Shown here: positions 49,831-60,023 of the stretch, one piece after another
How positions within the stretch are numbered: the stretch's first letter is position 1
Layout of the letters: every line of letters starts with the position of its first letter
Assembly (NCBI GenBank): GCA_024720975.1
Contig: JANJXX010000003.1
Span: forward strand, 85,543 to 149,542
Source of the DNA: Thermoproteota archaeon
Lineage (GTDB): Archaea > Asgardarchaeota > Njordarchaeia > Njordarchaeales > Panguiarchaeaceae
Length of the DNA stretch: 64,000 bases
Direction of reading: 5' to 3'
Notes under the pieces: model-generated
What the model was told of the DNA's origin: nothing
Seen by the model: only the letters and a program-made list of their open reading frames with translations
Database searches by the model: none
Program-made: the position numbers and the translations under genes

Positions 49831-50430
49831 TCATTCAAATACTATTCCATCACTTTTGGTTATTATACCCCTGTAGAGAAAGTATATCTGCCTCAAAGCT
49901 GCATAGTAATCAAAGTCTGTTATTGCTACCGTTGCATCCATTGGGACTACGACTTTGTAACCATGAAGTGCTGCTGTCCCAACTGTGTGCAAAACGCATA
50001 TATTTGCGACCACACCACAAACAACAACATACTCAATTCCTTTAATCCTAAGGATATGATCCAGAGGTGTTCCAAAAAATGCATCATATCTCATCTTTCT
50101 TATAATTACATCTTCCTCCCTTGGCTTCAGTTCATCAACTATTTGCCAACCCCAACTTCCCTCTATGACGTGCTTAGGCCAAACTCTAAATTCAAAATCA
50201 TCCTGCCGATGCGTATCCATCGTAAAGACAATTAGAACGTCTTTCTCTCTAGCTTTTCTTATAAGATTCTGTATCCTAGGAATTATTTTTTCAGCTCCCT
50301 TTACGTAAAGAGCACCGCTAGAACTAACAAAATCATTTTGCATATCTACGATTATTAGACTTGTTTTGCTAGCAGGTAACTGAACATTCTCAACAACCTT
50401 AAATTCAGGGACCTCAACCGTAATCATCAT
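49831..50430 (-). CDS. Isochorismatase-family cysteine hydrolase (nicotinamidase-like)
   Basis: 'VDMQNDF', 'DTH', 'WPKH', catalytic K, 'ANICV' motifs. Confidence 0.9.
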   Translation of the reverse strand: MMITVEVPEFKVVENVQLPASKTSLIIVDMQNDFVSSSGALYVKGAEKIIPRIQNLIRKAREKDVLIVFTMDTHRQDDFEFRVWPKHVIEGSWGWQIVDELKPREEDVIIRKMRYDAFFGTPLDHILRIKGIEYVVVCGVVANICVLHTVGTAALHGYKVVVPMDATVAITDFDYYAALRQIYFLYRGIITKSDGIVFE

Positions 50431-50649
50431 TAACACCTAACTTATTCCTAAATACTCCTACTAAGAAAATATTAAAGAGGACTTGAACCCAGCAAAGCTA
50501 ATCCTAGAACCTCCTATGAAGCGAATTTACACCAGTCCACAAAGACTTTAACGAACAATGGAGAAGAGGGCGGAATATTTGAATATCTGTATTTATTATA
50601 ACAAAATTTGCGGAGAAATATTGACTGAGCAGCTCTGGGGTTCTTCGGC

Positions 50650-53592
50650 ATGAAATCAGCAATCTACAGCCTCAAAATGTCATTTAGGAGACCAGCCGTC
50701 TGGGCTGGAACCATTCTGAGTATATTGTTAGCTACCGGGCTATTGTTTGGTGCATTCATGTCAATCGATTACGCAAACGCAGCTCTAGTAAAACAGTGCA
50801 CTAATACTGTACTCGTAGACTTTATGGTTGATATATATCATACCTCCGAAGGCGCAGTTTCTATATTTAATCAAATTGCAAGCAATTACAATGAAATTCT
50901 GAGCGGGTTAAAAAATATTTCACATGTAGAAAAAGTAGAGCTTATGTTCAGTACGATTGCATGGGGACTTGAGCTACTTAAAGAAAACACATCGTCGATG
51001 GATATTTTAAAATTCGATGACACTCCCATAGTTCCCATATTCCTAGTGCAACGCAACCCGGAATTTGATGGCGTTCTTATTAATGGCAGCCTGTACGCAA
51101 ACTGCATAGCCCTAGGAAGGGAACTTGCTAGGCACCTTAACGCCGAAGTTGGATGCCAGGTACAAATTAGGGACACATTTTCAAGTAAGTCACACAACTT
51201 TACAGTCTCAGCAACAGTGTATTTCGGAGGCGAGTTCTATGATAGATATTACTGGTCGACAACTGGAGCTGGTTTCTATGAGATCATAACCTCTATTAAT
51301 CCTATTCTTGCTGGCACTCTAGTTACTATGCCAGAGCTTCCTAGATATCAGAATCCTAACTATGGCATCATTGTCTACTTCGACTACTGGAGTGATTTCT
51401 CAAATTTGCTGAATGAAACCCTTAGCATACCTGAAAAGGCGTTAATTGCGGGAGGGTTAACTAGGATATTCATTGTATCGGATAGAAGCTTTATTGATCC
51501 GCTGGATCTAAGCAAGACTCGGATTCAGATTCACAACCTGTACAGCAATATATATAAATATCTACAAAGAATTATCCCAGCTGAGAATTTCAAAATCAGT
51601 AACTTCTTGGATACTATGATCACATTGCTCGATATGCAGCTATTAGGAGTTAAGCTGAGTTCTCTTCTGACTTTGCTTCCTATACTTGTACTCAGCATAA
51701 TATTGTCACTTATAACAAACTGGATTCTAGTAAACAAAAGAAAAAGAGAGTTAGGTTTGCTTAGAATACGTGGCATGGGCTCCAGCCAAGTCTTCTTGAA
51801 CTTTCTAGTCGAATCCATAGTCATTGGTGCTATGGCCGGCATGCTAGGTTTCATAGCTGCCAGTGGTATATCATACCTGATTACAAAAACCACTGCTGGA
51901 GGCTTTGCAGAAGTAATAGAACCTTCTAGTTTTCTCTTTGCTATCTGTGATGACTACATTATTCCAGCAGCTATAACCGGCGCTATCTTATGTCTCACAT
52001 CTATACTATACCCAGCTAATAAGGTATCAAAATTAGATCTGCTCTCATCAATCTCTGAGTATACACCAGAGATCGAAGCCGAAGTCAAAGTCGGCAAAGT
52101 TCTACTTGCTTTTATGGCAATATCTTTCTACGGTATTCTTGAAATGCTCTTAGGAATGCCAACACTGAGATTTATTTTATCCGAAGTTATGAGAGGTAGG
52201 TATTTCATAGCTTTATTGCTTATATTATACATTCCCGTTTATTTCGTTAGCATCTTTGGTGGACCATTTATCTTAGCTTATGGTTGTGCAAAACTGATTG
52301 CGGCACATTCAGATAAGCTATCTGGAGTTCTAGAGCTTACTTCTAAACCCTTCAGTGGCGACTTCAGCAGATTAGCCGTTGAACAATTCATCAGAAAGAA
52401 AACAAGAGCTTACAAAGTAATTCTCATAATAGCGCTCACTCTCACATTCGGCATATATTACGCAATAGATAACGCCACGACTAGAATGCGAACCCAGATA
52501 GAACTAGAAATTTCAATCGGGGCGGATGTAAAAGTCGAATTTGATTTACCAATAAGTCTTCCTGAGGTAGAGTCGAGGTCTATAAACGATACAATCTATG
52601 GTGTTGATGGAGTTAAAAGCGCCTCTTACGTAATTAATTTATACGTTACGAAAAATGAGCTCACAGAAATCGATCAAATAATTATTCTCGATAAATTCTA
52701 CTTAGATGTTAGCTATATGAAAGAGGAATACATTGACGGCATTTCCTTATCAAAGCTTAAAGAAGCATTACTAGATCCAAAAGCAATATTACTACCAGTA
52801 CGCTATAAGTATATAGAAGGTTGTAGCATAGGATCAACTATCAATTTCATAATAGGAAAAGAAATGTACAATTTTACAATAGTGGGTTACATTAAGTGGC
52901 TACCCGGACGATTCAATATAATAGAGCTTCAGACAACGGCTAGGGTAGCATTTGTTGGACTGTCTGTAATTGATCGCATCAATGATCTCAAAAGCCATCT
53001 ACTCGTTGATACTATTTTAATCGACGTCAAAGATTCATACGATGAATTTCTTGTTGGGGAAACCATAAGGAAAGATCTCGAAAAGAAAGGTTTGTATACT
53101 TACGTTCAAGTATATAGAAAGGCCCTGGAAAGCGCCAATAACAATTGGTTCGTTACTTTTAGTTATATGATTTCTGATGCAGTATTTTATCTATCAATAA
53201 TAATGGCTCTGACGAGCATGATTTTGACTATGGCAACTTCAATCCAGGAGAGGAGAAGAGAGATTGCATTACTTAGAGTTCGGGGAGCATCACTGAGAGA
53301 ACTTCTTGGAATGGTATTAGGAGAAGCCGCCATAATTACAATTCTAGGCTACGTTCTTGGGCTAGTGCTGGCAATGGTGTTTACATATGGCTACTTAACA
53401 ATGGCTTTCTCGGCATTCTATATTATTTCTGGAGCGCCAGTAGAATTTCCGCCTGGATATATAATGACAATTCCGCAGGGACTATACCTTATCATCGGAT
53501 TAGCATTTGCTGCATTTCTTCTATCAGCCTCAATACCCCTGCTAGTGATTGCCAAAGAAGATATTTCGAAAGAATTGAGGATCACTCACTAG
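50650..53592 (+). CDS. MacB/FtsX-type ABC permease (two FtsX repeats)
   Basis: 'RKRELGLLRIRG' and 'RRREIALLRVRG' repeats; large extracellular loops. Confidence 0.9.
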   Translation: MKSAIYSLKMSFRRPAVWAGTILSILLATGLLFGAFMSIDYANAALVKQCTNTVLVDFMVDIYHTSEGAVSIFNQIASNYNEILSGLKNISHVEKVELMFSTIAWGLELLKENTSSMDILKFDDTPIVPIFLVQRNPEFDGVLINGSLYANCIALGRELARHLNAEVGCQVQIRDTFSSKSHNFTVSATVYFGGEFYDRYYWSTTGAGFYEIITSINPILAGTLVTMPELPRYQNPNYGIIVYFDYWSDFSNLLNETLSIPEKALIAGGLTRIFIVSDRSFIDPLDLSKTRIQIHNLYSNIYKYLQRIIPAENFKISNFLDTMITLLDMQLLGVKLSSLLTLLPILVLSIILSLITNWILVNKRKRELGLLRIRGMGSSQVFLNFLVESIVIGAMAGMLGFIAASGISYLITKTTAGGFAEVIEPSSFLFAICDDYIIPAAITGAILCLTSILYPANKVSKLDLLSSISEYTPEIEAEVKVGKVLLAFMAISFYGILEMLLGMPTLRFILSEVMRGRYFIALLLILYIPVYFVSIFGGPFILAYGCAKLIAAHSDKLSGVLELTSKPFSGDFSRLAVEQFIRKKTRAYKVILIIALTLTFGIYYAIDNATTRMRTQIELEISIGADVKVEFDLPISLPEVESRSINDTIYGVDGVKSASYVINLYVTKNELTEIDQIIILDKFYLDVSYMKEEYIDGISLSKLKEALLDPKAILLPVRYKYIEGCSIGSTINFIIGKEMYNFTIVGYIKWLPGRFNIIELQTTARVAFVGLSVIDRINDLKSHLLVDTILIDVKDSYDEFLVGETIRKDLEKKGLYTYVQVYRKALESANNNWFVTFSYMISDAVFYLSIIMALTSMILTMATSIQERRREIALLRVRGASLRELLGMVLGEAAIITILGYVLGLVLAMVFTYGYLTMAFSAFYIISGAPVEFPPGYIMTIPQGLYLIIGLAFAAFLLSASIPLLVIAKEDISKELRITH

Positions 53593-53601
53593 GTGAGATA
53601 A

Positions 53602-54498
53602 ATGAGCGAAGTTGTATGCGAGGACCTGATAAAAATCTATAAGATCGGAAAAGTAGAAGTAGTTGCTCTGAGAGGTCTAAATCTGAGAGTAGATAGAGGA
53701 GAATTCAGAGCAATTGTAGGTCCATCAGGGTCGGGTAAAACAACATTGTTGAATATTATCGGAGGAATAACAAAACCAACAGCCGGCCGTGTCTATGTAG
53801 ATGACGTAGATATAACCAATTTACCGGAGAAAAATCTAGTTGCATATAGAAGAAAGAAAGTCGGCTTCGTCTTCCAGTTCTTTAACCTTGTTCCAACCTT
53901 AACTGCTCTAGAAAACGTGGAATTACCGATGGTACTAGCTGGTATTCCCAGAGAACAAAGGAGGAATAGGGCTATAGAGCTTTTGAAAATCGTTGGACTT
54001 GAGGGTCGAATGCATCATAAACCATCTGAACTTTCAGGAGGTGAGCAACAAAGAGTTGCCATTGCCGCTGCATTAGCGAATGATCCACCACTAATTCTTG
54101 CGGATGAACCTACAGGAGAGCTAGACAGTGTAACTGGTCTCCAAATAGCCGAACTATTCAAGAAACTCCACACTGAACTGAACAAAACAGTTATAATAGT
54201 CACACACGACGCTTCTATTGCTAAGCTAGCCGATAGAATATCAAGAATCGCAGATGGTATCATAGTGGAAACATTTATACCAGCTGAAATCAAAGAAGCC
54301 GCAAAAGTGGAGTTCAGTATCCACGAGAAAGTTACAGAGCTCGAGAATAAGAAATTGGAAATAACTAAAGAAATCGAAAGACTTAAAAAGGACTTATCAA
54401 GTGGAAGAATAACACCTGACGAGTTCGTTGAGAGATATGCTAGACTAAAAGATAAGCTCGAAGAAATAGAGAAGGAGCTCAGATCTCTAAGAGTCTAA
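53602..54498 (+). CDS. LolD/MacB-type ABC ATPase with C-terminal coiled-coil extension
   Basis: GPSGSGKT, GFVFQFFNL, LSGGEQQR, LADEPTGELD, VTHD motifs. Confidence 0.93.
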   Translation: MSEVVCEDLIKIYKIGKVEVVALRGLNLRVDRGEFRAIVGPSGSGKTTLLNIIGGITKPTAGRVYVDDVDITNLPEKNLVAYRRKKVGFVFQFFNLVPTLTALENVELPMVLAGIPREQRRNRAIELLKIVGLEGRMHHKPSELSGGEQQRVAIAAALANDPPLILADEPTGELDSVTGLQIAELFKKLHTELNKTVIIVTHDASIAKLADRISRIADGIIVETFIPAEIKEAAKVEFSIHEKVTELENKKLEITKEIERLKKDLSSGRITPDEFVERYARLKDKLEEIEKELRSLRV

Positions 54499-54999
54499 CT
54501 TTTCCATTTGTTTCTTAAATTTTTCTACTATCTCTATTACATCCTCTACTCTTGCAGCCGAGTGAATAATGTCATTCCTACGGTCATCGATTTTACTTCC
54601 AGCTAACTTTTCTGACCACCCACCAAAGCCTTTGACAGCCACTATAGGTTTGTTATACATCCACGCATAAGCAAGCTCGGAGAGTGTGCCACTTCTTCCG
54701 CCTATTGCAATTACTAAATCTGCCATTAATGCAACAATTTGATTTCTAGCCCAGCCGATTCCCGTTGGTATCACAATGTCAACAAACTCATTTGCTTCAT
54801 TCTTATCGAAACCAGGTAAAATACCAACTGTTATTCCACCAGCTTTTTTTGCTCCCCTACAAACAGCCTCCATTATACCACCCCTCCCGCCGGTGACCAC
54901 AACAACACCCATTCGAGCAAGCTCCTCTCCTAATTTCTCAGCAAAAAGTAATTCATCTGCATTGGTTGCCTCTGAGTCGCCAATAATTGCTACAGTCAT
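54487..54999 (-). CDS. LOG/SLOG-family protein (TIGR00725-like)
   Basis: 'TGGRGGIMEA', 'VGILPG', 'ARN', 'GG.SGTLSE' motifs. Confidence 0.9.
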   Translation of the reverse strand: MTVAIIGDSEATNADELLFAEKLGEELARMGVVVVTGGRGGIMEAVCRGAKKAGGITVGILPGFDKNEANEFVDIVIPTGIGWARNQIVALMADLVIAIGGRSGTLSELAYAWMYNKPIVAVKGFGGWSEKLAGSKIDDRRNDIIHSAARVEDVIEIVEKFKKQMEKLDS

Positions 55000-55088
55000 T
55001 AGCCTAGGCAAGCATACACACCGAGCATTTAAAAGCCTTATTAGGTGAATACTATGACTACTCAATTGATAGCAATAGCAGGGCTTCA

Positions 55089-55805
55089 TTATCGCATCAA
55101 TTCATCGGGATTTACATCTCTTATTTTTCTAGCGGGTATACCAACCCAAAGCCCCCTATCGAGCTTTGCATCTTTAGGAATTAATGTGTATGCGCCCAAA
55201 ATTACGTAATCATCTAACACTGCTCCTGGCATAATAAGCGCATTAAAGCCTATCAGGCAATACTTTCCGATCTTAACGCGCCTGAATATTATGCGCCCGG
55301 GTTTATCAGCTATGTGCGCCAATATTTTAGCACCACCCCCGATCACGCTGAAATCTCCAACTTCAGTGAGAAATGGATCTGTCGTCCATCCTTGGAATAA
55401 TACTCCCTTTCCTATTTTCGCACCGAAGAGCTTGAAAACCAGTAGTTTTGCATGTATGAACATCCGCCCGGCAATTAGGGAAATTGTGTATAATCCTTGT
55501 GCCAGAATCCATTTAAAAACCTCTTTGTTTTTTACAGTTAGCTCATATTCACCTTCCTTTGGAGTCAGTCTAGCAATCCTAAATAGAAAACCCGGGATGA
55601 ATAGAAAGCTGCCGAAGGAGACTCCAAACAATAAAAGGAGATACTTGAGAGTACCAAATGCAAATTGCATAACGTCCTCAGAAATGTGCAGCTGGTAATA
55701 TTTTATCAGTATTATCGGAGGAAGCATACACAGAAGAAAAACAGAGAGCAAAATTAGGCCAATTAAGACATTCAATATCGCACTTTTAATGTCCATCGCT
55801 AACAC
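55089..55805 (-). CDS. Membrane-associated hexapeptide-repeat (LbH) acyltransferase-like protein
   Basis: Two N-terminal TM segments, 'GAKIGKGV', 'VKIGKYCLIG..A.IMPG', 'GIPARKI' motifs. Confidence 0.85.
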   Translation of the reverse strand: MLAMDIKSAILNVLIGLILLSVFLLCMLPPIILIKYYQLHISEDVMQFAFGTLKYLLLLFGVSFGSFLFIPGFLFRIARLTPKEGEYELTVKNKEVFKWILAQGLYTISLIAGRMFIHAKLLVFKLFGAKIGKGVLFQGWTTDPFLTEVGDFSVIGGGAKILAHIADKPGRIIFRRVKIGKYCLIGFNALIMPGAVLDDYVILGAYTLIPKDAKLDRGLWVGIPARKIRDVNPDELMR

Positions 55806-55887
55806 ACGAAGAGCTAATCCTTAAAGGTGAAATCATAGGCCGCTATCTTAGGTCGCTAAAATTCCCAAAATTCCAAAAACACTGTGA

Positions 55888-57018
55888 CTAATATACTATA
55901 TCTAATAACAATGCATTTAGATCTTCTAAACTAGTTTTAGCCTTAATGCGCTTTAGACCCTTATCCAGCGTCCTATAGCATGTAGGACATGTTGTTGTGA
56001 TTATTTCTGCCTGCGTATCAACAAGCTCTTGAGCTCTCTCTAAGCTGGCTTTCAAATGGAGTTGCGGATTATAAGCACTCACCATACCACCGCCACCACA
56101 ACACCTTGCAAAGAATTTATTGTATTTGGGCTCTATCAGATCTCCTAGGGCCTCTATAAGTTTTCTTGGTTGCTCAACTAGCTTAAGTTTTCGGGATAGG
56201 TCACAGGGATCGTGATATGTAAATGTTCTATTTAGTCTATTAAGTTTTATTCTACCGCAATCGAACTCCTCAAAAACACTCATAACCACATGCGTGGCCT
56301 CTAATTCAAATCCATCAATGAATTTAGGATATATCTCCGAGATTGTATACACACATCCAGGGCAGGGGGACACTATTTTCTTTATCCCTCTCTCTTTCCA
56401 AGCCTTGTAGTTGGCTTTCGCTATGGCATCAAAGGTTTCCCAATCACCAGTTAAGAATACTGGATACCCGCAACAACCTTCGATTTCTGGTACATATACA
56501 GCTTCGACTCCAATTTTTTCTAACAGGAGGTATATTGCATGGATTCTTTTAGGATATAAGTATGGATATATGCATCCCGTGAAGAATAACACTTGACCAC
56601 GCCGCCTGATATTGGCGTTCTTGGCCCACACTGCTCTATCCTCTCTCGGGAGTCCATAGGGATTGCCAAATTTTGCCACAGAGTCTACCACTGTTTTAAT
56701 TGGTTCTGGAATTTTTCTAGCTACGAAGAGTTCCCGCCGTAATGCCGTGAAGATGTTCGTCGGAAATAGAGCACATTTTGCATCACAAAAACCGCAGAGG
56801 AAACAATTAAATGAACTATCAACGAGACTTTCACTGAAATCTATCTTCCTTTCTACAAGAGCTCTAATTGTTATCATCCGTCCCCTAGAGGAGTAGTGCT
56901 CAAAGCCAAGTACTTTGTACGGAAGACATCCCTCCTGACAATAACCACAGCGTGTTCTATTACAAGTGTATACCTCGTCTCTCCACTCGCCCAATTTCCT
57001 GAGTTCCACTTCTAACAC
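55888..57018 (-). CDS. CCG-domain Fe-S oxidoreductase (GlcF/HdrD-like)
   Basis: Two ferredoxin-type Cys motifs, FFTGC, CCG, CPGC, YHDPC, CCGGGG, CPTC. Confidence 0.9.
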   Translation of the reverse strand: MLEVELRKLGEWRDEVYTCNRTRCGYCQEGCLPYKVLGFEHYSSRGRMITIRALVERKIDFSESLVDSSFNCFLCGFCDAKCALFPTNIFTALRRELFVARKIPEPIKTVVDSVAKFGNPYGLPREDRAVWAKNANIRRRGQVLFFTGCIYPYLYPKRIHAIYLLLEKIGVEAVYVPEIEGCCGYPVFLTGDWETFDAIAKANYKAWKERGIKKIVSPCPGCVYTISEIYPKFIDGFELEATHVVMSVFEEFDCGRIKLNRLNRTFTYHDPCDLSRKLKLVEQPRKLIEALGDLIEPKYNKFFARCCGGGGMVSAYNPQLHLKASLERAQELVDTQAEIITTTCPTCYRTLDKGLKRIKAKTSLEDLNALLLDIVY

Positions 57019-58490
57019 CTTAACCCCCTATATTTTTCTTCGATATCTCTGGGCAACACAAACTTCTTGCCCGGGTTCATTATCCAATTTGGGTCAAAAA
57101 TCTCCTTTATCTTTCTCATATATTCGAGCGCTCTCCCATGCTCATATTCCATTACATCTAGGAGCCGCCATGTGTCTCCGATATATGTTGATGCTGTTCC
57201 TTCTAAATCTATTGCAATCTTACTCATTTCCTTAACGTACTCATAGAATCTCTTTACTTCATCTTCTGAGTCACCAACATAAACAGCACAACTTACGCTT
57301 GGGGAAATACACCCAATCCTCTCGTTATATATGTTCATTCCTAGTATTTTTAATCCGTGTTTCTCGACAGCTCTGACAAACTCTCTATGAAGGTCCTCCA
57401 GTCTTCCCGGAGGAACACCGACATCCGCGGCTCCAAACTTCCTGCTCCTTTGTGAATCTGGCCACTTTTGCTTGAATGGATCAAAATCTAAAGTATGCTT
57501 ACTTTTCCACCAGGATTCTATAATCTCCCTTTCCTCAATAATCTGGCCTCCAAACTTTTCTATAATTTTTCTAGCGTGGTCTTTAGCAAAATCTACAAGT
57601 TCCTTGTCCCCTGACATAGAGAAGAATAGAATAGCTTGTGTTTCTTCAGGTACTTTAGGCTCTCGGCCATATTTTACTCTATATGCATGCGTGTAAAATT
57701 GAAGCCTGAATCTATCATTTATGTTTATAGCATCAATGGGCAATCCCGAAGATAGAAGCTTTTGAGCAGCATTAACAGCATCTTTTATTGATTTGAATAA
57801 AGCACCATCCACCCATCTGTATTCTGGAATTGGTAGGACACGTAATGTAACCTCTGTAATTACACCGAGTGTTCCCTCGGAGCCCACAAACAGTGCATGA
57901 AGTTTTAGACCTGAAGATGAGCAGTAGGCTTTCCTGTTTCCAACTCGAATGATTTCGCCGCTCCCAGTCACGACTACAGCCGAAAGTACGTGATCAAGCA
58001 TTTTTCCCCATCTTACACCAAATGTTGAATCATTATCACAAGCGATTGCTGCGCCAAGCGTAGACGTTGGTTTTGACTCAGGGTCGTGAGGGAGCCATAG
58101 ACCGTATTTGGAAAGTTCATCGTTTAGTGCCTTAATTGTAATGCCAGCCTGCGCGGTCACTGTGAGATTTTCCCTGTCAATCTCAAGTATTTTGTTGAGC
58201 CCTTTCGTATCAATAACCACTCCACCGTAGAAAGTTAGTGTACCCCCACCCATGCCAGTCATACCTCCAACTGGCACTACCGGTATGTGGTATTTGTTGC
58301 ATATTTTAACGACTGCTGCAACCTCCTCTGTAGTCTCAGGTCTTACTACTAGATTTGGAAGAATAAGCTCCTCTGCGGGTCTTGGGGACCAGTCTCTTGA
58401 ATACGCCACAAGTGTAACTATGTCATCTCTAACCTTATCTGCACCAATTGCATTGGAGATTTCAGCTTTAATTGCCTCTAGGTTAATCAA
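57012..58490 (-). CDS. FAD-binding oxidoreductase (VAO/GlcD family), divergent cap domain
   Basis: 'VVRP.TTEEV', 'DP.S', 'GSEGTLGVITE', 'FDP..IMNPGK' motifs. Confidence 0.9.
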   Translation of the reverse strand: MINLEAIKAEISNAIGADKVRDDIVTLVAYSRDWSPRPAEELILPNLVVRPETTEEVAAVVKICNKYHIPVVPVGGMTGMGGGTLTFYGGVVIDTKGLNKILEIDRENLTVTAQAGITIKALNDELSKYGLWLPHDPESKPTSTLGAAIACDNDSTFGVRWGKMLDHVLSAVVVTGSGEIIRVGNRKAYCSSSGLKLHALFVGSEGTLGVITEVTLRVLPIPEYRWVDGALFKSIKDAVNAAQKLLSSGLPIDAININDRFRLQFYTHAYRVKYGREPKVPEETQAILFFSMSGDKELVDFAKDHARKIIEKFGGQIIEEREIIESWWKSKHTLDFDPFKQKWPDSQRSRKFGAADVGVPPGRLEDLHREFVRAVEKHGLKILGMNIYNERIGCISPSVSCAVYVGDSEDEVKRFYEYVKEMSKIAIDLEGTASTYIGDTWRLLDVMEYEHGRALEYMRKIKEIFDPNWIMNPGKKFVLPRDIEEKYRGLRC

Positions 58491-58650
58491 TTAGAAACAC
58501 CTAGAACACTCTACTCTAATTTTTCTATTACGACAAAACGAGGTATTTTGCTTTACGTATATAAAGAAAGAAACTTTTAAAGATTGTTTCCTCAGCTCAA
58601 CGACCAAAAGTTCGACGCTTCTTGAGTGAGAGAAAATTAAGGAAAGCTTA

Positions 58651-59538
58651 TCACAACGATTCATAACCTAATCTTTTGATAATTTTTTCTACAGGACTCT
58701 CGTTTAGATGAAGCCCTAAATCTCTTGGATGCAAACCGAGAGAAAGTCCTAGAAGTTGAGTTAAATATATTACAGGAATCGATATATCCTCCTTTAGTAC
58801 TCTGCTTATTTTCTTTTGTCTCAATTCATATGACTGTTGACAGAGAGGACATATTGTTACTAATGCATCAAATCCCCTCCTTTTGATAGCAAGAAGCTTC
58901 TTTCCCCTTATTAGGTCCGCATTCTCTACATCCACGTTTGCCAAGAGAGCCATACAGCAGTCAAACTTTTCGGGATAGTATGGACAACTAACTCCAAGTG
59001 ATGATAAGATATCTTCGATTATGCTAGGATCCTCTGGATTCTTATCAACTGAGAATTCCCTGGGTCTCAACACGTGACATCCATAGTGGATAGCTAATTT
59101 TAGACCGTCTAATTTTAGTCTGGAATTTTCGATTATCCTTTTCAAGCCTATATCCTCGCTTATGACCTTTACTATATGCTTAATCTTAGCAAAACCAGTA
59201 AACTTCAGGTTCTCTTTACTTAAGATGTTATTGATTAGAGAAAATTCATCATGCGATTCCATGATTATTTTTTTCGCCTCATTAAGTGAGAGATAGCAGC
59301 CATTGCAAAGCGTTATTATGTCTCTTCCTTCCCTTTCAGCAATAGCCATTATTCTAGCCGCAAGTACCAGCCAAGTATTCATATTAACGCAAGCTAGTGG
59401 TTTCCCACAACATTGTTGCTCCGGAAAATCTATGTAATCTATCCCAAAGAAATCCAAAATTTTCCTCGCTGAGATCTCGTATTGATATTGAGATGTCCAG
59501 ACGGCACATCCTTGGTATAATATATAAGTCAAAGTCAA
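58651..59538 (-). CDS. hdrB: Heterodisulfide reductase subunit B
   Basis: YQGC, CCG, CNGC, HYGCH.LRP, CCM, CP.C, 'IPVIYLTQLLGL' motifs. Confidence 0.92.
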   Translation of the reverse strand: MTLTYILYQGCAVWTSQYQYEISARKILDFFGIDYIDFPEQQCCGKPLACVNMNTWLVLAARIMAIAEREGRDIITLCNGCYLSLNEAKKIIMESHDEFSLINNILSKENLKFTGFAKIKHIVKVISEDIGLKRIIENSRLKLDGLKLAIHYGCHVLRPREFSVDKNPEDPSIIEDILSSLGVSCPYYPEKFDCCMALLANVDVENADLIRGKKLLAIKRRGFDALVTICPLCQQSYELRQKKISRVLKEDISIPVIYLTQLLGLSLGLHPRDLGLHLNESPVEKIIKRLGYESL

Positions 59539-60023
59539 TCACCTAGATTTATCGGAAATAATGTTTCATCATAGAGCCTTCTAATTAGCTCTTTGCTAAC
59601 GACGGGAGTTCTTAGGTTAAGATCTTCCCTTTTAATAAGCTTTCTATCTTTGCTTACAACACCCATTTCAGGCGTTATTCTACCGTAAACATAGATATTT
59701 TTAGCCATTTTGATCCACGCTTCCGGGGGCAGCTTCTTCTTTGAGGCTATATTTCTTAATGCAACGATGACACTTGCAGGATGAACATCCATTGGACACC
59801 TCTCACTACACTTCAAGCACTGCGTGCAGTACCATATTATTCCTGATTGAATGAGCTCATCAATGAAACCTAAGTACGCCAACTTAACGATTTTATTAGG
59901 TCTATACTCACTGTGAACCTCTGCAACTGGACATCCAGAAACACATCTATTACAGACGAAGCATATTTCCGGTTTTATCCAGTACAGTATTCTCTTGAGT
60001 TCCTTCGTCAAAGAGTCATGCAT
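59535..60023 (-). CDS. hdrC: Heterodisulfide reductase subunit C
   Basis: CFVCNRCVSGCP and WYCTQCLKCSERCP motifs. Confidence 0.92.
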   Translation of the reverse strand: MHDSLTKELKRILYWIKPEICFVCNRCVSGCPVAEVHSEYRPNKIVKLAYLGFIDELIQSGIIWYCTQCLKCSERCPMDVHPASVIVALRNIASKKKLPPEAWIKMAKNIYVYGRITPEMGVVSKDRKLIKREDLNLRTPVVSKELIRRLYDETLFPINLGD

